Below the pieces are notes generated by a model that did not search any database, was not told the DNA's origin, and saw only the letters and a list, made by a program, of their open reading frames with translations. Positions 26,583 to 32,000 of a stretch of DNA of 32,000 bases are shown here, one piece after another. Within the stretch, counting starts at the first letter, position 1. Every line of letters begins with the position of its first letter. A program made the translations under genes and the position numbers. Source of the stretch: Moraxella nasicaprae (GTDB lineage Bacteria; Pseudomonadota; Gammaproteobacteria; Pseudomonadales; Moraxellaceae); the NCBI RefSeq assembly GCF_025643275.1, contig NZ_CP089977.1, positions 630,001 to 662,000 on the forward strand. Direction: 5' to 3'.

Positions 26583-26836
26583 ATTTGTGGGGGATTTTTT
26601 AACATTCAAACGATGATTTTATCGCCAAACTGTATTGCTGACAGACCATCGACCACAAAAAATGGGTTGCACGCCAAGCAAATCTTGGCTTAATCCTTGT
26701 CCAAATGCCAAAAGCATAAAATACCAGCCAAAATAGATTGTTATTCCCAGCAGTTCATGCCCTACTCGTCCAACATACCATGCCTAATGACCATCGCCAT
26801 CACGATGGTATTTGGTGGGCAAATCAAAGTGTTGAT

Positions 26837-27292
26837 TTAGCTTTCTTGGTGTACTGCCGTCCCATAAGCCAGCACTTCGACACCGCCATCGTCAATCTGA
26901 TTCATCTCAAAACGAATGCCATAAATGTGTGTGCAATTTTGCTGATAGGCCATTTGTTTGGCTCGCACCAATGCTTCTCGTCTGGCTCTATCCAGCAGAC
27001 TTTCATAGACCGTCAGATTTTTGCCAAATAAACTAAGCACGCTTGCCCACACCAGCTTAAAGCGGTCTTGGGCAATGACCACACTTCCTGTAACCAGCAC
27101 GCTATGTTTGGCATTTGGTTTGATGAATCGCTCACTAGACACAATGATGGCGGACAGCTGACGCTCAGCTTGGGCAAGGCTTGCCAAATGCTTGCGTTCA
27201 GCTCGACTGCCAAAATACCAACCCATCAAAAACAAGACAATTGCAATCAGCCAATCTGGGTGTCTTAGCAATAGTGAAATGATGTCACTCAT
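26837..27292 (-). CDS. Membrane-anchored YbjQ-like (UPF0145, 'heavy-metal-binding' fold) protein
   Basis: N-terminal TM segment (WLIAIVLFLMGWYF). The C-terminal ~100 aa align by eye with E. coli YbjQ (VTGSVV..., ...IYGIRFEM......VLAYGTAV). The ATG shares 1 nt with the upstream stop (TGATG). Confidence 0.75.
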   Translation of the reverse strand: MSDIISLLLRHPDWLIAIVLFLMGWYFGSRAERKHLASLAQAERQLSAIIVSSERFIKPNAKHSVLVTGSVVIAQDRFKLVWASVLSLFGKNLTVYESLLDRARREALVRAKQMAYQQNCTHIYGIRFEMNQIDDGGVEVLAYGTAVHQES

Positions 27293-27672
27293 CAGCCTGT
27301 CGCATCATCAAAATAGGCGGATTGCCCAAATGGATTATACTGCTTTTGCACCTTGACCGCCGTGCCATACACGAACAACTCCGATGCCCCTGCGGTAATG
27401 TTGGAGGTAGAAAAGCGAATACCGACAATGGCATCTGCCCCAAGTGCATGGGCTTTGGCAATCATACGCTCCATTGCCTCTTGGCGAGCCTCTTCAAGCA
27501 GCTCAGTGTAGGCCACCAGCTCTCCACCCACGATGTTTTTTAAGCCTGCCAGCAAGTCTTTGCCAACATGTTTACTGCGTACCGTACTGCCATACACCAC
27601 ATCAAGTCGTTCGGTAATGATGTGATTTGGCAAATGTTCAAGATTGGATAATTGCACGATGTGATTCGCCAT
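27292..27672 (-). CDS. Soluble YbjQ family (UPF0145) protein
   Basis: VVYGSTVRSKHVGKDLLAGLKNIVGGELVAYTELLEEARQEAMERMIAKAHALGADAIVGIRFSTS....ELFVYGTAVKV is collinear with E. coli YbjQ. Its ATG directly abuts the upstream TAA. Confidence 0.85.
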   Translation of the reverse strand: MANHIVQLSNLEHLPNHIITERLDVVYGSTVRSKHVGKDLLAGLKNIVGGELVAYTELLEEARQEAMERMIAKAHALGADAIVGIRFSTSNITAGASELFVYGTAVKVQKQYNPFGQSAYFDDATG

Positions 27673-28194
27673 TTAGTCGTTAGTGTGGAATAATAAAAAC
27701 AGCTCGGTAATGTTGCTTTCCAAAGCATTTGCCATCTGAGCCAGCGTTTCGTCATCTCGCATTTCATCCATTTCCTCGTCAATGCCTGACAACATCACCA
27801 TTGGCAAAGTCAGCATCGCTACATCTTCTTCGGTGTTCTCATCATCAAACCAATCGACATTTTCATCTGAATACATCGCATCAACAAAGCCAATCGCCCA
27901 TGCTGCCAAGTCGCCATCTTCGCTAAAATCTTCCACTTCCTCGCTGGCATCAAATGGCAATTCGATGGGTTCTTCTGCTTTTAGGGTGTCGATGAGTTCT
28001 TGTCGCCATGCTTTTAGGGCGTTTTTGACTTCATCGCTGACCGACTTGTCCGCTCCCTCAAAAAAAGCCGACAGCCAATTTGGCAAAGGCTTGCCCACCA
28101 CCGTTGCGGTCAAAAAACCATGAGCAGCGATTGGGTCTAATCCTACCTCATTGGCATCAGATTGTAGATAGTCAAACAATTCTTGCTTATTCAT
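27673..28194 (-). CDS. UPF0149 (YgfB/YecA N-terminal domain) family protein
   Basis: The HGFLTATVVGKPLPNWL motif and an acidic C-terminal half are typical of UPF0149. ATG 28194 (with AAGG upstream) is preferred over the track's TTG 28215. Confidence 0.75.
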   Translation of the reverse strand: MNKQELFDYLQSDANEVGLDPIAAHGFLTATVVGKPLPNWLSAFFEGADKSVSDEVKNALKAWRQELIDTLKAEEPIELPFDASEEVEDFSEDGDLAAWAIGFVDAMYSDENVDWFDDENTEEDVAMLTLPMVMLSGIDEEMDEMRDDETLAQMANALESNITELFLLFHTND

Positions 28195-28231
28195 TTCTAG
28201 TACCTTTTTTATCAAATCAATGATATATCAG

Positions 28232-28268
28232 AAAAAATGCCCATACCAACCAAATTTGGCATAGGCAT
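28232..28268 (-). terminator. Rho-independent terminator after the 73-aa acidic protein gene
   Basis: On the minus strand the stem is atgcctatgcc/ggtatgggcat (11 bp including two G-U pairs) with a 10-nt loop, followed by TTTTTT. Confidence 0.7.
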
Positions 28269-28298
28269 CAAATGATTCATCTGCTCGTTGATGATTGT

Positions 28299-28520
28299 TT
28301 AAAAATCATCGTCAAAATCGTCATCAAAATCGTCAAATTCAGCAAAATCGTCCTCTTCTTCTAAGGCACGCTTTAACTTATTTAGGCGTTGCTCTTCTAG
28401 CAATGCGTCGATTTTTAGGCGTTTTTCTAATGGTTTGGTTTTGCCCTCATCTGCCAATTTGGCATCAGCATCTTCTTCAAAATTATCGTCGTCAAAATCG
28501 TCGTCAATATCGCTCATCAT
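28299..28520 (-). CDS. 73-aa hyperacidic protein with DDF-repeat termini and a basic central helix
   Basis: It has a strong AGGAG Shine-Dalgarno, its own promoter and its own terminator. 31 of 73 residues are D/E and there are 10 K/R in the centre. Family not recognised. Confidence 0.7.
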   Translation of the reverse strand: MMSDIDDDFDDDNFEEDADAKLADEGKTKPLEKRLKIDALLEEQRLNKLKRALEEEDDFAEFDDFDDDFDDDF

Positions 28521-28587
28521 GACTCCTTGGTTTGTTTTTTCACTGATATGATTATGATTTTTGTGCTATATCATAGCATCAATTAGC

Positions 28588-28616
28588 CTTATAAAATGCT
28601 TTTAAAGTTTTGTCAA
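28588..28616 (-). promoter_or_regulatory. Sigma-70 promoter for the acidic mini-protein (TTGACA-17-TATAAG)
   Basis: On the minus strand: -35 ttgaca (28611-28616), exact 17-nt spacer, -10 tataag (28588-28593). It lies about 65 nt upstream of the ATG. Confidence 0.5.
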
Positions 28617-28646
28617 GCATTTTCATCAAAACCACCCCAAAAAACA

Positions 28647-29888
28647 TCAATCTTCCAACAAAACCGCATCTCTTAGCGTATTTAGTCGCTCCACCATACC
28701 ATGACTCATCGCATCGATGGTTTGGCATTCTCGTTCGGAAATTGAATTTGGATTTTGTAGATTTTCTAATGTTGTATAAGGAGCAAGCTGTTTTTTTGCC
28801 TGTGCATCAAACAGCGTCAGCATGGGCAAACGGCGACGCTTAGCGATGCTAAATGCTGATGATGCTTGTTCAGCACTGCTGGCAATCGTCGTCATTGGCA
28901 AAGCAAAACGCCCAAGTTCACGGTGCTTATCATACACCACTTGATTGACCATCAGCACCAGTTGTGCCAGCATCAAGCTTGCTGTTGCAACTTTGGCATG
29001 TTCATTTTGGGCGGTCAAGGTGACTGTCGCCCCTTGCTCATCAAACTCACCAATTTTGGCAACCGACACGCCCGCCACAAATGCAGACGCCAACAATTTA
29101 TCAACGGTTTTTTCTAACAGCTGATTGCACAAAGCAAAATATGCCTGTTTGCCGTCATAGCCTACTGCATCTAGCAAACGGTGTGGGTCATTAAAACAAA
29201 TCTGCACCACATAGCCATCAACATCATCTCTCTCATCTTCAAATGTCTCGTCTGATGGCTCAAAAACACCCTCATTGTCCTGCATTGATGATGGCGTTGG
29301 TGCTTGCTCATCGTTTGTTGATGGTTTATCTTGTAACTGATAAGGAAGCAGTCCTTGTGTGAGCAATCTGGCTCTGACATCGGTGGCGATTTGGTTTTTT
29401 AGTGCATCAGTTGGGCGAGCCAAATAGCCATACAACACAAATAATGCCAAATGCAATACCGCTGTCGCTAACAAAAACAGCCAATGCTCCGACAGTACAA
29501 TCGCATAACTGATGGGTTTGGTTTCAATCACCACAGACCCCAACACCTTATCGCCAGACGCTACGGTCTGATTGCGGGTACGATAACCACCTGCTCCCTC
29601 TTCGCCCTTAGGTACAATTAGGTTATTTTTGGCATCGTACACACCCACAAAGCCAATCTGCGGCTCTTTCATATAGCCATCGGCAATCAGACTGGCACTG
29701 ACCGTGTCATTATTTGCCAATGCCACCGTCATACTTGTGCCTAATTCTGCCACCAAAGATTCCGCCACTTGGCGGTATTGCTCACTGGCTTGGCGTTCAT
29801 AACTGATTGAAAAAAATAACAAATGCAATAATGCACTAAGTAAAACAATCAAAAAGAACAAATTTTTTTTGGGTGCAGAATAAGTCAT
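28647..29888 (-). CDS. Smp/YtjB(AhpA)-like membrane protein with a ~250-aa C-terminal cytoplasmic extension
   Basis: The first ~165 aa form a TM - periplasmic domain - TM architecture. By eye they resemble E. coli Smp/YtjB (GFVGVYDAKNNLIVPKGEE vs LDAGVYDEQGDLIARSGE; LGSVVIETK vs LGYLRLTLD). The gene is divergent from serB, as in E. coli. Confidence 0.75.
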   Translation of the reverse strand: MTYSAPKKNLFFLIVLLSALLHLLFFSISYERQASEQYRQVAESLVAELGTSMTVALANNDTVSASLIADGYMKEPQIGFVGVYDAKNNLIVPKGEEGAGGYRTRNQTVASGDKVLGSVVIETKPISYAIVLSEHWLFLLATAVLHLALFVLYGYLARPTDALKNQIATDVRARLLTQGLLPYQLQDKPSTNDEQAPTPSSMQDNEGVFEPSDETFEDERDDVDGYVVQICFNDPHRLLDAVGYDGKQAYFALCNQLLEKTVDKLLASAFVAGVSVAKIGEFDEQGATVTLTAQNEHAKVATASLMLAQLVLMVNQVVYDKHRELGRFALPMTTIASSAEQASSAFSIAKRRRLPMLTLFDAQAKKQLAPYTTLENLQNPNSISERECQTIDAMSHGMVERLNTLRDAVLLED

Positions 29889-30070
29889 GAATACCGCTTT
29901 ACATCAAAGGTCAAAGGTCGATTGGCTCATTACGAGCTGTATTTTGTAAAAAATACTTAAATTGTGCCATTTTTAACGAAGTTGGGCAATAGTTTTTATG
30001 CTTTTTTATCAAGTTTTTATCACAAAAATCATCAAGCCTGACAAATCTTACATAAAAACCACGATAAATC

Positions 30071-30100
30071 TTGTACAAATTCCCAAAAAGGTGCTAGTAT
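30071..30100 (+). promoter_or_regulatory. Candidate promoter for serB (TTGTAC-18-TGcTAGTAT)
   Basis: -35 ttgtac at 30071-30076, 18-nt spacer containing TG at 30092-30093, -10 tagtat at 30095-30100. Confidence 0.4.
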
Positions 30101-30178
30101 GATGGGGTTTTAACAAAAGATTTTTGATGTACTTGATTGAACATCAATACATCGATTTAACACGATTTTGGGTAAGCA

Positions 30179-31216
30179 ATGATGCATCATTATACCTTAC
30201 AACACGGCATTCAAGATTGGCAAAACGCCCTACAAGCACTTCATTTAGCCCCTGAATCTGACTGGCAATCATTGCCACTGTTTGGGATTGTGTTGGTTGG
30301 CGATGTGCCAATCCAGTCTGTGCAATCATGGGCTGATGAGCATCGTTGGCAACTGGTGCCACTGACTACTCAAAAATCGACGGTTGATGTGGTTAATAGT
30401 TTAGATAATATTCACAATACCAGTGTGTATCGCTGTGTGATTTTTTCAAACGCCATCATCGACCAGCCAGTCGATGAGCTGCCACGCCTCATCAAGGCAC
30501 AACTCACATCACGCATCAATCAAGCAATGGATATTCACATTTTACCCATTGATAAACTGCTTAGACCACATCGATTGGCGTGCTTTGACATGGATTCAAC
30601 GCTCATTGAGCAAGAAGTTATCGTGGAGCTGGCTCGCTACTGCCACATAGACCAAGAGGTTAGCCACATTACCGAATCAGCGATGCGTGGCGAGATTGAT
30701 TTTGCGACCAGTTTTAGTCGGCGAGTGGCACTCTTGGCAGGGGCAGACCAATCCATCATCGAGCAAATCATCGCCAATAACATCACCTTTCAATCTGGGG
30801 CGTTGGCAACCATCCAATCCTTAAAGGCACTAGGCTATCATACCGTGCTGGTTTCAGGTGGTTTTGAGCCTTTTGCCAAGCATGTTGCCCATACGCTAGG
30901 CATAGATGAATATCACGCCAATCCTTTGGATATTGCTGAGGGCAAATTGACTGGCAAAGTCAGCCTACCCATCTTGGACGGTCATCAAAAAGCCTGCATT
31001 GTCCAACATATCGCCAAACAACTTGGCATCACAAACGACCAAATCATCTGCATTGGCGATGGAGCGAATGATTTACCAATGATGTCCATCAGTGATATTG
31101 GCATTGCCTATCACGCCAAACCCATCGTCCAAGAACAAGCAACGCTTGCCATCAATCACACAGGGCTTGAAGGCGTGCTATACGCTCTTGGACATCAGTT
31201 AGTCTCATCATCTTAA
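30179..31216 (+). CDS. serB: Phosphoserine phosphatase SerB
   Basis: HAD motifs FDMDSTLI (DxDST), SGGF and GDGANDLPM, plus an N-terminal regulatory domain as in gammaproteobacterial SerB. Confidence 0.9.
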   Translation: MMHHYTLQHGIQDWQNALQALHLAPESDWQSLPLFGIVLVGDVPIQSVQSWADEHRWQLVPLTTQKSTVDVVNSLDNIHNTSVYRCVIFSNAIIDQPVDELPRLIKAQLTSRINQAMDIHILPIDKLLRPHRLACFDMDSTLIEQEVIVELARYCHIDQEVSHITESAMRGEIDFATSFSRRVALLAGADQSIIEQIIANNITFQSGALATIQSLKALGYHTVLVSGGFEPFAKHVAHTLGIDEYHANPLDIAEGKLTGKVSLPILDGHQKACIVQHIAKQLGITNDQIICIGDGANDLPMMSISDIGIAYHAKPIVQEQATLAINHTGLEGVLYALGHQLVSSS

Positions 31217-31234
31217 ACCAATAGAGTAAAATAT

Positions 31235-31744
31235 ATGTTCACAATTCCAGTCATCAATGTCAAAACAGACCCTTTGGACGCATTGCTTGCAGGTTTGGGG
31301 TTACGCATTCAGACTCTTGCTAAATCTCGCCATAACGAAGCCTTTAACAATCTGATTAAAGACAAAGTGGCGGTGATTGAATTTAGCTCTCCGCAGATGT
31401 CTCGCCATTATCGCTTTGACAATGGCTTATTTTCCCAAGAGATTGGCAAAACCACACAAGCTGATTTAAGCATCGAATTTACCGACAGCATGATGGGGGC
31501 AAAACTGCTTGCCAAAGGCGATGTCGCCGCCTTAATGACTGCCATTCAAGACGGCAAAGTCAAAATCACAGGCGATTATAAGCTGGTGCTGTGGTTTGCT
31601 GGAATCGGCAAACAAGCCGCCACCGTGCCTGATGAATATCGCACCTATGTTGAGCAAGCCAAAACCTATGCCCAACTTGCCAAGCCATACGCCCAAAGTG
31701 CCAAAGAACTGTTTGACTCGGTCAAACAAAAACTAGGCAAATAA
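31235..31744 (+). CDS. SCP2 sterol-carrier-like domain protein, tentative
   Basis: ...MGAKLLAKGDVAALMTAIQDGKVKITGDYKLVLWF resembles the C-terminal signature of SCP2 domains. The tail is A/K/Q-rich. Confidence 0.55.
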   Translation: MFTIPVINVKTDPLDALLAGLGLRIQTLAKSRHNEAFNNLIKDKVAVIEFSSPQMSRHYRFDNGLFSQEIGKTTQADLSIEFTDSMMGAKLLAKGDVAALMTAIQDGKVKITGDYKLVLWFAGIGKQAATVPDEYRTYVEQAKTYAQLAKPYAQSAKELFDSVKQKLGK

Positions 31745-31755
31745 ATTTCAAAAAC

Positions 31756-31790
31756 AGCAAATCAGTCGTACGGTTGGTTTGCTATTTTTA
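31756..31790 (+). terminator. Terminator hairpin after the SCP2-like gene
   Basis: Stem agcaaatcagtc/gacggttggtttgct-type of 12 bp including G-U pairs, with a gtac tetraloop, followed by aTTTTT. Confidence 0.55.
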
Positions 31791-31843
31791 ACAATATTAG
31801 GTACAATTGTTTACCCAATCATTCATACGGAATCTTTGACACT

Positions 31844-32000
31844 ATGCTGACCATGCACCCAAGCAAGGAAGAAATTGCACGCTTATTTGACCTGCCTTTG
31901 ATGGACTTATTGATGCAAGCCCAAACGGTGCATCGCCAGCACTTTAATGCCAATGAAGTCCAAATCAGCACTTTGTTGTCCATCAAAACAGGTAACTGCC
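31844..32000 (+). CDS. bioB: Biotin synthase BioB, 5-prime fragment (runs off the window)
   Basis: It is absent from the ORF track because no stop is reached. The translation [52 protein letters not shown] matches the E. coli BioB N-terminus ([39 protein letters not shown]). Confidence 0.85.
   Translation, partial: MLTMHPSKEEIARLFDLPLMDLLMQAQTVHRQHFNANEVQISTLLSIKTGNC

Noticed and set aside
26490-26693. A 67-aa ORF on the plus strand between valS and the YbjQ operon
   Set aside because: It runs across the G/C-rich terminator hairpin and the valS promoter region. It has no ribosome-binding site and an implausible composition.
29861-29880. A8/T8 homopolymer near the 5-prime end of the Smp-like gene (codons for PKKN) as a possible phase-variation switch; similar T7-T8 runs occur at 2734-2741 and in bepA
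   Set aside because: Runs of 7-8 A/T are common in this A/T-rich genome and are shorter than tracts that usually give appreciable slippage. There is no supporting evidence from this single sequence.
31791-31843. A BirA/bio operator upstream of bioB
   Set aside because: Only an 8-bp palindrome (acaattgt) and a ttgtttacc motif that loosely resembles an E. coli bioO half-site are present. No convincing 40-bp dyad was found.
1-32000. CRISPR arrays, tRNA/rRNA genes, IS elements, integrases and prophage or toxin-antitoxin modules
   Set aside because: I looked for regularly spaced repeats, cloverleaf-like or rRNA-like conserved stretches, transposase/integrase-like ORFs and small paired ORFs, and found none. 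The only foreign-looking DNA is the single-gene low-GC block at 21862-23475.

Overview
This looks like a mostly housekeeping chromosomal segment of a gammaproteobacterium. Gene content, close protein similarity to E. coli/Pseudomonas orthologues and very A/T-rich intergenic spacers suggest a Moraxella-like member of the Moraxellaceae; that assignment is inference only. Gene order: rnfH plus a polytopic membrane protein (-); cytochrome c4 (-) divergent from engB-rsmI-yqeY (+); a bepA-like M48/TPR protease (-); a peptide ABC importer locus with three tandem lipoprotein oppA paralogues, then oppB, oppC and a fused two-domain ATPase (+); a tusA-like gene, rpoH, a DUF423 gene and a C-N hydrolase (+); ccmAB (-); a ybjN-like gene and a deacetylase (+); a 519-aa orphan (-); valS (-); a UPF0149-YbjQ-YbjQ(TM) operon, a 73-aa hyperacidic protein and an extended Smp/YtjB-like membrane protein (-); then divergent serB, an SCP2-like gene and the 5-prime end of bioB (+). 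I recognised no rRNA, tRNA, CRISPR array, transposase or integrase. The best candidate for something new is a ~1.6 kb block of very low GC (about 17-25% by hand count, against about 50% in the flanks) between the deacetylase gene and valS. It carries one ORF for a membrane-anchored helical/TPR-like protein with no family I can name. Other points worth a second look are mosaic, gene-conversion-like tracts among the three oppA paralogues, a 79-codon hyperacidic in-frame extension on rpoH, a 73-aa protein with DDF-repeat termini, a tightly coupled three-gene operon of unknown-function families, and a Smp/YtjB-like protein with a ~250-aa extra cytoplasmic domain. All coordinates, GC counts and motif calls were made by eye, without tools.
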